36,557 nt of DNA from a bacterium (GCA_037147155.1 JBAWVR010000003.1:1-36557); one strand, 5' to 3'; numbered from the stretch's first letter, positions 17,368 through 26,359 are shown. The notes: generated from the letters alone by a model not told the origin. Numbers and translations: made by a program.

Positions 17368-17453
17368 CCCGTTAAAGTTTTGGCTGACACATTAAGCATC
17401 TTGCTTAATGTCTGGAAAATCTATGATTTTCTATCAGTCAAAATTTTTTCGGG
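17368..17453. repeat. 86-bp structured repeat (family C) in the 5' leader of the response regulator
   Basis: Near-identical direct repeat of 15588-15673; lies between a TATAAT (about 17476-17481, minus strand) and the ATG. Confidence 0.9.
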
Positions 17454-17504
17454 ATTATTATTATCTATACGTATATTATACCCCACCAGAGACTTTTAAC
17501 CAAA

Positions 17505-18125
17505 TTAGATTCCCAACATAAAAGCTGAGACAAACATTGCCAACTTGCCAATCCAATCACCCAAAAACCAAACGGCAATTACCACAATAACAATACTAGA
17601 TATATCGGCTCTTAAAATATAGGCCGCCCAAGTACTTGGTAGGAAAATTGAAATCACCTTGGAACCATCGAGTGGTGGTAATGGGATTAAGTTAAAAATG
17701 GCCAAAAATACGTTGGTAGTAACAATAATGACCATTATCTGATAAAAACCAACCATGACTGGAATAGCAAAGAAGTGAACTGCGATTCTAAAGATGATTG
17801 CAAAAACTGCTGCCAAAAGAAGATTACTAAGTGGTCCTGCCAAAGCTATGAGGGGCTCACCCCATTTACGATTTTGTAAATTATAAGGATTGTAAGGTAC
17901 TGGTTTGGCCCAACCAAACAGGAAACCTGAACCAGAAATAGCCAAGAGAAGTGGAACTATGATTGTGCCAAAGATATCAATGTGCTTTAGCGGATTTAGA
18001 GTCAATCTCCCCTCATACTTGGCTGTTGGGTCACCAAAGAAAAGAGCCGTGTAACCGTGGCATATTTCGTGAATAATTACGGAGAAGATAACGATAATAA
18101 ATGAAATGATGGATAAGCTGGTCAT
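17505..18125 (-). CDS. Site-2 protease family (M50) membrane metalloprotease
   Basis: HEICH, AGPLSN and FNLIPLPPLDG. Confidence 0.95.
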   Translation of the reverse strand: MTSLSIISFIIVIFSVIIHEICHGYTALFFGDPTAKYEGRLTLNPLKHIDIFGTIIVPLLLAISGSGFLFGWAKPVPYNPYNLQNRKWGEPLIALAGPLSNLLLAAVFAIIFRIAVHFFAIPVMVGFYQIMVIIVTTNVFLAIFNLIPLPPLDGSKVISIFLPSTWAAYILRADISSIVIVVIAVWFLGDWIGKLAMFVSAFMLGI

Positions 18126-18240
18126 GTTTAATATTAGTTATTTGCTATTTTTCGATTTTAATGATAACATGTTCGCACTGGAATCCCAAACGTCGCCAAT
18201 TAGGTGAACGACTGGCGACCAACAATTAATTTTAAAAACT

Positions 18241-18516
18241 ATGGCAAAAAAGTGTCCAATATTGAAAATAGGTACAATGATGGGTGGTGGTTACTCAAAC
18301 CGCACTCGTGCTACCCAGTACAACCCGACTGGTAAAGTTCGCCGTATGCCAAACTTGCAAAAGAAGAAGATTTACATTCCGGAGTTGAAAAAGTCCGTCT
18401 CAATGGTTATCTCTGCTCGTGCAATCAAGACTATTCAGAAAAACGGTGCCTACGCAACCCTAAAGAAAGCTGGTCTCATCCGTGGTGGCGAAGTAAAGTA
18501 CAAGAAGAATAAATAA
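18241..18516 (+). CDS. rpmB: 50S ribosomal protein L28
   Basis: MAKKC..RRMPNLQKKK..ISARAIKTI; highly basic. Confidence 0.88.
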   Translation: MAKKCPILKIGTMMGGGYSNRTRATQYNPTGKVRRMPNLQKKKIYIPELKKSVSMVISARAIKTIQKNGAYATLKKAGLIRGGEVKYKKNK

Positions 18517-18655
18517 CCCCGTTGTAGAATTTGGCGTCGAAATTGTTTTTGACGCGACAGACTCTGGTGAAATACCAGGGTCTGTTTTGTTATATTTTTC
18601 GTGATTATTAAAAAACGTCAATTTCAGAAAAACAACGCCAAATCTCACAACTGGG
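18517..18655 (+). mobile_element. Palindromic MITE-like element, family A copy 4
   Basis: CCCCGTTGTAGAATTTGGCGT...ACGCCAAATCTCACAACTGGG; abuts the rpmB TAA; internal hairpin CAGACTCTGGT-ACCAGGGTCTG. Confidence 0.75.
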
Positions 18656-18662
18656 TAAATTC

Positions 18663-18701
18663 AATCAAAAAACACTCGCCAGAAGCGAGTGTTTTTTGAT
18701 T
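18663..18701. terminator. Bidirectional intrinsic terminator
   Basis: ATCAAAAAACACTCGC-cagaa-GCGAGTGTTTTTTGAT. Confidence 0.85.
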
Positions 18702-19540
18702 TATATTTCTGACCCTCCCCACTCTATCAAAGTAAAACCATTCCTTTCAAACCTTGGAAAAATCTGCGGTTCCACTTTTGTTGGTTCATTTAATGGTTTG
18801 TAAACCATAAAAACTCGTAGGGTCGAATCTGCTTCAGGTATGGTTTTCAAGTGAGCAGTATTTGTATATTCACTACGTGCAAAATGAATTAGGTTGTATT
18901 TATTGTTTTGCATTTTAGGATACCAATAGACAATAAACTCATTGTATTCTCTTGGTGTTAAACCAATCTTTGAAAGTGTATTCTGTAGAAATGCTTTGGT
19001 ATCTTCACCCCTTACAACAAATCCAGTAGATAAATCGTACTCTGGCTTCTTGTCTGGCATTCCTTCCCAAAACAAATAACTATACTCCTTACCGTCACCT
19101 ATATTAATAATTTGTCCATCAGGATACGCCCTAACGGACCAGCCGTTTGTCTTTTCGTTATATGTCGGATAGCTAGCAAAAATTTTACCGTCATACTTCA
19201 ACGATACCTCAACATCTTGAACTGATTGAGGATAAAGATATATAACAGGTTTATCAACCGGCTGAATTTCGTAATTATTATATTTAGGGAATATTTGGTA
19301 CCACACCTTAGTAACAAACATACTATATTTGGGTTCACCCATATAGCTTAAAAAATTAAAGGCAACTCGATCTTTTTCATATTGATTTACCTCTGTCACA
19401 TATTCCTTGTAGTTAAAAAACTCCAAGACACCCCAAGAAACAATCAGTAATGTAACGATTATAATTAAGACCTTGATCCATAGAGGCTCTTTCTTTTTTG
19501 ATAAATCACCAGTAGGCTGTTTTTGTATTATATTTTCCAT
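18701..19540 (-). CDS. Membrane-anchored conserved hypothetical protein (KPVIYLYP ... YLFWEG ... EWGG domain)
   Basis: Recognisable domain of unknown function after a TM helix. Confidence 0.75.
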   Translation of the reverse strand: MENIIQKQPTGDLSKKKEPLWIKVLIIIVTLLIVSWGVLEFFNYKEYVTEVNQYEKDRVAFNFLSYMGEPKYSMFVTKVWYQIFPKYNNYEIQPVDKPVIYLYPQSVQDVEVSLKYDGKIFASYPTYNEKTNGWSVRAYPDGQIINIGDGKEYSYLFWEGMPDKKPEYDLSTGFVVRGEDTKAFLQNTLSKIGLTPREYNEFIVYWYPKMQNNKYNLIHFARSEYTNTAHLKTIPEADSTLRVFMVYKPLNEPTKVEPQIFPRFERNGFTLIEWGGSEI

Positions 19541-19566
19541 TACTGAATTATATCACTTTTTTAATA

Positions 19567-20415
19567 TTACTTAATCACTATTCTGCTTCCATCCGTCTCA
19601 AACCAAACCGGACCAGCCAAAGTGTTCACGATATTTTGTGACCAGTGTTTCAAAATATTAACCGCTTCAATATTCGGATGCCCATACTTATTCCCCTCTC
19701 CAAAAGATAGGATGGAATATTCTGGAGCCACTTTCTCAATAAAACCATCGCCACTAGAATTTTTGGAGCCATGATGACCGACTTTCAAAACTTCACTTGG
19801 TAATATATTTCCAAACCGTCCCAATAAAAAGTTCTCCGCTTTTTGTGATAAATCACTCATGAACAAAAAGTCTTCTTGGCCAAAACTAAACTTGGTCGCC
19901 ACGGCTTCATCATTGTCATCAGAAAAAATCTTATCTTTGTATGGCGATAGGACGCGAAGATTAGCCCCTCCTGAAGTCAGGTAATCTCCCATAACCACTT
20001 TTTTATAAGTCAGTTTCTTGTCAGTTAAAAGTTTTTCCATCTTGGTAAATTTATCAGCACTACCATATTCAGGTAACCAAACCTCATGGACCGAATATAG
20101 TGAGAGCAAGCTATCTAGTCCTCCGATATGATCGGCATCCAAGTGAGTTAAAATCACCAAATCGATATCTTTCCGATAGAAAGGTAAAACCAATTTTAAT
20201 TGACTAACTACCGAACTATCTGGACCAACATCAATCAGGGTCAGTCTTCCACCAGGCCAAACAATCAGTGATGAGTCCCCCTGCCCCACCGACAAAAAAT
20301 AAACGCGAGCATCGCTTGTGGTATTTGTTTCAAAAAAATATCCAGACCAAACCAAAACACTCAAAACTATGAGAAACAAAATGACCAGAGAATAAATTTT
20401 ATTAGTCCTTAACAT
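19567..20415 (-). CDS. ComEC-type metallo-beta-lactamase domain protein (separate gene)
   Basis: VGQGDS, LTHLDADHIGG, LKVGHHGSKNS and YGHP; adjacent to the ComEC channel gene. Confidence 0.92.
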   Translation of the reverse strand: MLRTNKIYSLVILFLIVLSVLVWSGYFFETNTTSDARVYFLSVGQGDSSLIVWPGGRLTLIDVGPDSSVVSQLKLVLPFYRKDIDLVILTHLDADHIGGLDSLLSLYSVHEVWLPEYGSADKFTKMEKLLTDKKLTYKKVVMGDYLTSGGANLRVLSPYKDKIFSDDNDEAVATKFSFGQEDFLFMSDLSQKAENFLLGRFGNILPSEVLKVGHHGSKNSSGDGFIEKVAPEYSILSFGEGNKYGHPNIEAVNILKHWSQNIVNTLAGPVWFETDGSRIVIK

Positions 20416-20423
20416 TAATTACA

Positions 20424-21908
20424 TTATACCGTTTTTCTATTCTTCCAGAAACGCCAGAGCCAAATAAAAATTCCGAGATACATAATTATCAGTAACCCCA
20501 AAGAAAAAGCTGGAATAGTAAAAGCCGACCAAGACAGCTTGGCCAAAACTGTAGAGACCAATAAAATAATTTTTAGTAATAATCCCGTAAACCATACTAG
20601 GGGTTGCAAAACAAATGGCAAAAAACCATATACCGCTCCAATAGTTAATCCTAGAAACATAATCCAGGGAATCAGTGGCAAGACTAACAAGTTGGAAATA
20701 ATAAATACCAAAGAAAACATGCCGATCTTGTAGAGAAGTAATGGCATGACCAAGACCTGTGCGCCCAAAGTGGTGGTAATAGTCTCTTGCCAAGATCCAC
20801 GTCCCCATTTTTTGAAAATGATATCTTCAAAATATGGAACGACCAGAACCAAGGACCAGGTGGCCAAGAAAGATAATTGAAATGATAATTCAGTCAGCGT
20901 TAGTGGATTCCATAAAATCATAATTATTCCTGCCCCAAACAAAGCACGAATAAAATTAAACTGTCGTCCTAACACTTGGGCTAAAATAACAATACTCGCC
21001 ATAATACCCGCGCGCATGGCTGTGGAAGAAGCACCAGTCATAAGCACAAAAATAATTATGCCAATAAAACCGGCTATCCAAGATATTGGAGTGGAAATAA
21101 AAGCTAATCCCTTTACCAAAAGACCTGCCACCACAGAAATATTGTAACCAGATAAAACAATAATATGAGACAAGCCAACGCGCTTGAAAATATTATTTAC
21201 TGTATCAGAGATACCGGCCTTATCGCCGATAATCAAACCTCCCAAAAGTCCTCCTTCATCCCCCGCAATGGCTTGATTAATATTTTGGAGAAAGTAATTT
21301 TTAATCTTAATTAAACTTTTCTTAAACCAAAAACTTTTATCTTCACCCACTTTGTTAGTCACGGCAAAACCAATCGTGGCTGTGATGCCATCTTTCAATA
21401 AATATAAACGATAATCAAAAGGCCGATCTTTGTCTCCGGCGATTATACCTGGTAGAGATAAGCTGCCTTTGACTTGAATAATATCTCCAACAACCGGTCT
21501 CATAATATCACCAGAACGAACCAAAACTTTTGTTTGAATAGTTGTGGACCCAATAGATGATACGAGCACAGGTACAGACCAGCCCAAGGAATCGCTGGCA
21601 GCTTCGCCAGCTACCACTCCCGTCAAAATAATTTTTTGCTTATCATAATTGGCAATTATTTTTTCCTGAGCTGATAAAACATTCATATGCCACTCAGCTC
21701 GGATAATTCCCAGAGATAAAACAAATAATATTCCAGCAAGACTTAACAATAATTCTCTCCGACTAGTATCAAAGATTTTAATAGAAAAAAGAAAACACAA
21801 AAATAAAAACAAACACAGTAATCCAAACGATAAGCCGACCCCTAATAGGCCGGCTAGAATACCAACTATGAATCCCGATGTTAAAATGTAGAAAATTTTA
21901 TTCGACAC
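20424..21908 (-). CDS. comEC: ComEC/Rec2 competence DNA-uptake channel
   Basis: GLSHIIVLSGYN, RAGIM and SFQLSFLAT; many TM helices. Confidence 0.92.
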   Translation of the reverse strand: MSNKIFYILTSGFIVGILAGLLGVGLSFGLLCLFLFLCFLFSIKIFDTSRRELLLSLAGILFVLSLGIIRAEWHMNVLSAQEKIIANYDKQKIILTGVVAGEAASDSLGWSVPVLVSSIGSTTIQTKVLVRSGDIMRPVVGDIIQVKGSLSLPGIIAGDKDRPFDYRLYLLKDGITATIGFAVTNKVGEDKSFWFKKSLIKIKNYFLQNINQAIAGDEGGLLGGLIIGDKAGISDTVNNIFKRVGLSHIIVLSGYNISVVAGLLVKGLAFISTPISWIAGFIGIIIFVLMTGASSTAMRAGIMASIVILAQVLGRQFNFIRALFGAGIIMILWNPLTLTELSFQLSFLATWSLVLVVPYFEDIIFKKWGRGSWQETITTTLGAQVLVMPLLLYKIGMFSLVFIISNLLVLPLIPWIMFLGLTIGAVYGFLPFVLQPLVWFTGLLLKIILLVSTVLAKLSWSAFTIPAFSLGLLIIMYLGIFIWLWRFWKNRKTV

Positions 21909-21914
21909 AACTTT

Positions 21915-22652
21915 TTACACTCCCCACTCTTTCTTAATCGCGTCCTCATCATCAGTACTCAAAGACTTGCGATACTTGGCACCCTTGGTACCTTTGACCC
22001 TAGCTTCACACTCAGCCCAAGTCTGATCTATATGAAACTGTCCATTAACCAAAGATAGATAAGAGTAAGCCTTGGCACCCGAGCGACTCTTGGCTTTAGC
22101 CAATTCTTCACGCACATTAATATCATGCACATCCACTGAATAATCTTTTTTCAAACCAGAAAATAATTTTGGCGGACGGCCAAAAGTAAAAGCTGTGGCA
22201 ATCTCGTCCACTCTTTCATTGCCCGGAATACCGGAGTGACCACTAACTTTTTGCCAGACAATCTTTTTACCATGGGCGTGTTTAGCTAGACCTTCCCACA
22301 ATTCGCGATTGGACACATCTTTCTTATCAATAGTTTGCCAACCTCGTGCCATCCAACCATAAACCCATTTAGTAATACCATTGATCACATAGGCCGAGTC
22401 AGTATGAATCACAATTTCTTTATCGGTGGCACCAATTTCTTTCAAAGCTTCTAGAGCGGCAGTAATCTCCATGCGATTGTTGGTTGTATGTTTATCACTA
22501 GCGCCTTTTTCCACAACTTCATTGGTGCGACTACCTTTAGGGAAAACTACCACAGCTCCCCAACCTCCAGGACCAGGATTACCAGAAGACGAACCGTCAC
22601 AAAAAACGATTATTTTATTCTCTACCATTTTATTTTTATATTCTTTTTCCAT
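21915..22652 (-). CDS. rnhA: Ribonuclease HI with C-terminal viroplasmin-like hybrid-binding domain
   Basis: CDGSSSGNPGPGGWG, TTNNRMEI, TDS and GHSGIPGNERVD; C-terminal TWAECEARVKG..AKYRK; start MEKEYK 7 nt after TATAAT. Confidence 0.9.
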   Translation of the reverse strand: MEKEYKNKMVENKIIVFCDGSSSGNPGPGGWGAVVVFPKGSRTNEVVEKGASDKHTTNNRMEITAALEALKEIGATDKEIVIHTDSAYVINGITKWVYGWMARGWQTIDKKDVSNRELWEGLAKHAHGKKIVWQKVSGHSGIPGNERVDEIATAFTFGRPPKLFSGLKKDYSVDVHDINVREELAKAKSRSGAKAYSYLSLVNGQFHIDQTWAECEARVKGTKGAKYRKSLSTDDEDAIKKEWGV

Positions 22653-22659
22653 TGCGTGA

Positions 22660-22695
22660 ATTATAGCACGAAAAATTCGAGGACTCATCTCGTGC
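22660..22695 (-). promoter_or_regulatory. Family D hairpin fused to an extended -10 (TGCTATAAT) upstream of rnhA
   Basis: GCACGAGATGAGTCCTCGAATTTTTCGTGCTATAAT, 7 nt before the ATG. Confidence 0.65.
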
Positions 22696-22766
22696 CTAGC
22701 CATGAACTGAAAAAAAACAAAACACCGCATCTCCTCCGAGATGCGGGTTGCCAAGTGGATGATTCC

Positions 22767-23054
22767 TTACTTGGTTCTCTTCTTCGTCTTCTTGACTGGC
22801 GCCGTAGTGACTGGTGGTTTTTCGGCCGGGCCAATTTTCGCCAGGAATTCGCCCAGCTGCTTAACGCTGTTGGCGCGAACACATTGACGACCATTGAGAC
22901 TGATATTCATCGGGTGATCTTCTTCACCAAAGAATACCTTCACGGTGGCGTCATTTGAGCCGGCAAACAGGACATGCCCGAAGCCTCCCTCAGATGTAAA
23001 GCCCACAACCGTCAAACCGACTTCTACGCCGCACGCTTTAACAGTCTCTAACAT
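22767..23054 (-). CDS. Small hypothetical protein with basic tail
   Basis: SD AGGAG before MLETVK (alternative TTG start at 23078); promoter TTGACA-17-TATTAT at 23146-23174; terminator-like hairpin about 22718-22750. Confidence 0.55.
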   Translation of the reverse strand: MLETVKACGVEVGLTVVGFTSEGGFGHVLFAGSNDATVKVFFGEEDHPMNISLNGRQCVRANSVKQLGEFLAKIGPAEKPPVTTAPVKKTKKRTK

Positions 23055-23177
23055 GAGATCTTCTCCTGCAAGGTACAATTCTTTGCTTCCTTAATTTTTT
23101 ATATCTCTCAAACAATGAGAAACAATCAAGGGTTTGCTGTCAAAGATAATACCTGTAATTACAGGTTTTGTCAAATA

Positions 23178-24872
23178 CTACAGAACTTCGACAATCCTAA
23201 GTCTTTTCTCTGTCCTTCCGCGAAAAACATTTTTTTCCAAGTTCACCACCATGTCCACTTTATCACCCACTTTTAATTCTCTCCCCCACGAATCAGGCAG
23301 ACAGAAAAAAGCAATGGCCGTGACAGTACTTCGTCCGGTTTTAATAATTAATTCCGTATGATTCTTTTCTTTACCAAAAGCTTTAACAGAAACTAGTTCG
23401 GCCCCTTTGACCAAAAACACTGGCTTGGGATTACCCACACCAAACGGACGAAACTTTTCCAGATCTTGCCACAAACTTGGCACTAATTCTTCGGGACTAA
23501 TCACCGCATCAATTTCGAGCATGGCTGCTTCAATCGAACTAGCCACTTGTTCGTAAGCAATGTTTAGATGGTCCTCCAGCGTGTGTACGAGGTCGCTTGA
23601 GATAGTTAAACCTCCAGAGGCCTGATGTCCACCAAAATCCAAAATCACATCCTTGGGGACCAAATTCATGAGTTCCACCACATTGACCGAGGCATCAGCC
23701 CGACATGAAGCTTTGAGATTCTCTCCCCCTTCTCTACCCCAGACAAACACCGCGCCACCATTGGTTTCAAGAAGTGCATTAGCTACGAGTCCGAGTAGTC
23801 CTGGCTTCCAATCTGGATTGCCAATCACAATTACTTTTTTCTTTTCGGTATATCTCTCCTCCATAATCTTTCTCGCTTCTTTGGTAATAGCGGCTACCTG
23901 ACCTTTGCGTGAATTATTCAAATCTTCCAAGTGTTCCGCCCATTTATCACCCTCAAGCTCATCTGTGGCTACCAACATTTTGAAAGCATCTTCTGGCTCA
24001 CCAATACGAGAAGCAGCATTAATGCGTGGGGTCAAACTAAAACCAATATCATCTTCGGTCATGGTCTCCAACTCAATTTTCATCTTACGAAAGATCTTTT
24101 GTAGTCCAACGCGCGGAGTTTTGCGAATCACTTTCAAACCATAATACGCCAAAGCGCGATTCTCACCCAAAAGCGGCACCATATCTGACAAAGTGGCAAT
24201 CCCCACGACATCAAGCAGCCATTTCTCCCAGCCCGGCTTCAAACCAAAATCACGCTTTTGAATCAAAGCTTGAACCAATTTAAAAGCCACACCGGCTCCA
24301 CACAGTTCTTTAAAAGGATATTTAGAGTCCAGTCTTTTGGCATCAACTACCGCTACTGCGTGAGGTAGTTTTTCACCAGGCAGGTGGTGATCTGTAATAA
24401 TCAAATCTATTTTGTGTTTTTTAAGTAAATCCGCTTCTTCAATATCAGTAATTCCGCAATCTACTGTAATCACTAGTTTTACTTTCTCTTTTTCAAAACC
24501 ATCCACCGCTCCAGTATTCAAACCAAAACCTTCACGATGGCGATGTGGAATATAATTCGTAAAATTAGTGTAACCAATCTTGGTAAAAAAATTGTGCAAT
24601 ACCACACCACCCGGAATACCATCGGCATCGTAGTCGCTAAAAATTACAATTTTTTCTTGATTATCAATCGCCGAGTAAATTCTCTCCACCGCTTTGTCCA
24701 TATCTGGCAAAAGAAACGGATCATGCAAATCACGTTCATAATCTGGTGCAAAAAATTTCTCTGCCTCTTCATCGGTATTGATTCCTCTCTCACCAAGCAA
24801 AATCTGAATCAGAGAAGAATATTTCTCCAATCCCTTGGCAGTGCGACCGGCTCTGACACGATATTTAACCAT
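23178..24872 (-). CDS. recJ: Single-stranded DNA exonuclease RecJ
   Basis: DYDADG, TVDCG, TDHH, PRINAASR, GGH and PFGVGNPKP. Confidence 0.97.
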   Translation of the reverse strand: MVKYRVRAGRTAKGLEKYSSLIQILLGERGINTDEEAEKFFAPDYERDLHDPFLLPDMDKAVERIYSAIDNQEKIVIFSDYDADGIPGGVVLHNFFTKIGYTNFTNYIPHRHREGFGLNTGAVDGFEKEKVKLVITVDCGITDIEEADLLKKHKIDLIITDHHLPGEKLPHAVAVVDAKRLDSKYPFKELCGAGVAFKLVQALIQKRDFGLKPGWEKWLLDVVGIATLSDMVPLLGENRALAYYGLKVIRKTPRVGLQKIFRKMKIELETMTEDDIGFSLTPRINAASRIGEPEDAFKMLVATDELEGDKWAEHLEDLNNSRKGQVAAITKEARKIMEERYTEKKKVIVIGNPDWKPGLLGLVANALLETNGGAVFVWGREGGENLKASCRADASVNVVELMNLVPKDVILDFGGHQASGGLTISSDLVHTLEDHLNIAYEQVASSIEAAMLEIDAVISPEELVPSLWQDLEKFRPFGVGNPKPVFLVKGAELVSVKAFGKEKNHTELIIKTGRSTVTAIAFFCLPDSWGRELKVGDKVDMVVNLEKNVFRGRTEKRLRIVEVL

Positions 24873-24890
24873 GGAGACAGTATAGCACTT

Positions 24891-25883
24891 TTAATTAGAC
24901 TCCTTAACCAACTCCGGCTGATAGAAACTATTCAATTTATACGGCCAGTACTCTACCGTTTTTAACTTTTTGCCTTCTACTACCACATTCAAAATATTAC
25001 CTTTCATCGTTTCTTCAGAAAACGGTTGGTCAAAAACAAAGTTGCCGAGGCTATAGGTAATCCAGCCATCTTTATATTGAACTAAAGGTTCGGAAACATG
25101 CGGGTGATGCCCCACAATAATATCTGCCCCGCAATCAATGGCTTTTTCGGCCACGGTTTTTTGATAAGTATTTGACTCGGTCTTATACTCATCCCCCATA
25201 TGCAGTGATACCACCACCAAATCATTATCTGGACGAACATCCTGGACCATCTGACAGATTTTGTTTTGATCAATTTTTGCCACCCCTGGTTCATCTTTAT
25301 TTTTCTCCGTCCAAGTTTTACCAAAATCACTAAACGCCATCACTGCCACTTTAAGTTTTTTTACTTCAAAACTTTTAACAGTGTAAGCTTCGTCGTAGTT
25401 ATTTCCTCCACCGACATATTCCAGACTAGATGACGCGAGGCGTTTCAAGGTATCAACAAAAGCTGACTGGCAATAATCCATCATGTGATTATTGGCGACA
25501 GACACGGCATCAAAACCAACATCCGCCAAAACACTCGGTACGGTAGTCGCCATTTGGAAAGAATAGATTGAGCCACAAATATTTTTCTTGTCAGATACCG
25601 GGCCTTCGAGATTGCCAAACAACCAATCAAATTGATCGAGTGTCGATTGAATCTTGGCGAAAGGAAAATGATAATCGCCTCCCCCATTTTTCATAATGCT
25701 GATTTTTACACTACGGTCTAACATCATATCACCCACAAAACCAAGATGAATAATCTCAGGTTTAATTATCGCTGGTTTTATATTCTCATATACTATAACC
25801 TCACGCTTGTCTCTATTGGCCAAATATAAAATCCCCAGCAATAGGGAAAGAAAAATGACTATTAATAGCATATGGCGCTTCAT
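24891..25883 (-). CDS. CapA family (PGA_cap) metallophosphoesterase-like protein
   Basis: GDMML, GNLEGP, ANNHMMD, HMGDEY, GHHPHV and YSLGNFVFDQ. Confidence 0.93.
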   Translation of the reverse strand: MKRHMLLIVIFLSLLLGILYLANRDKREVIVYENIKPAIIKPEIIHLGFVGDMMLDRSVKISIMKNGGGDYHFPFAKIQSTLDQFDWLFGNLEGPVSDKKNICGSIYSFQMATTVPSVLADVGFDAVSVANNHMMDYCQSAFVDTLKRLASSSLEYVGGGNNYDEAYTVKSFEVKKLKVAVMAFSDFGKTWTEKNKDEPGVAKIDQNKICQMVQDVRPDNDLVVVSLHMGDEYKTESNTYQKTVAEKAIDCGADIIVGHHPHVSEPLVQYKDGWITYSLGNFVFDQPFSEETMKGNILNVVVEGKKLKTVEYWPYKLNSFYQPELVKESN

Positions 25884-25897
25884 GTTATAATTATTTC

Positions 25898-26359
25898 ATG
25901 AATAAAGATAAAAAGAAAATTTTAAAGAAAAAACCGGCTTCGGACTGTGTATTTTGTAAGATAGTTTCTGGCGAAATACCTACTGATAGCAAGATTTACG
26001 AAGATAAATATGCCTTTGTTTTTCTCACGATTGCACCAGTCAACCCCGGACACGCTTTAGTTATACCCAAAAAACACTTCGCCAATATCTATGAATTTTC
26101 TGATGCCTATTTAACTAAGTTTGCTCCAACACTAAAAAAGGCGTCAATTGCAGTAAAGAAGTCAATGAACGCTGGTGGTATAAATGTTTTTATGAACAAC
26201 GATCATGCTGCCGGGCAAGCTGTCTTCCATGCTCATTGGCACATTGTCCCCCGCCACCAAGGTGACGGTCTAAAGGTTTGGGAAGTAGATAAAAAATACA
26301 AAGAAGGTGAAGCTAAAGAAGTGGCAAAGAAAATCAAAACTGCTTGGAAAGCAGAATAG
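25898..26359 (+). CDS. HIT family protein
   Basis: CVFCKI, PGHALVIPKKH and HAHWHIVPR triad. Confidence 0.96.
   Translation: MNKDKKKILKKKPASDCVFCKIVSGEIPTDSKIYEDKYAFVFLTIAPVNPGHALVIPKKHFANIYEFSDAYLTKFAPTLKKASIAVKKSMNAGGINVFMNNDHAAGQAVFHAHWHIVPRHQGDGLKVWEVDKKYKEGEAKEVAKKIKTAWKAE

Noticed and set aside
19567-21908. ComEC pseudogene or frameshift
   Set aside because: Both ORFs are intact with their own starts, the MBL gene has its own TM anchor, and split ComEC is a known arrangement.
22653-22754. Longer RNase H start
   Set aside because: It runs through a terminator and the hairpin/-10 module.
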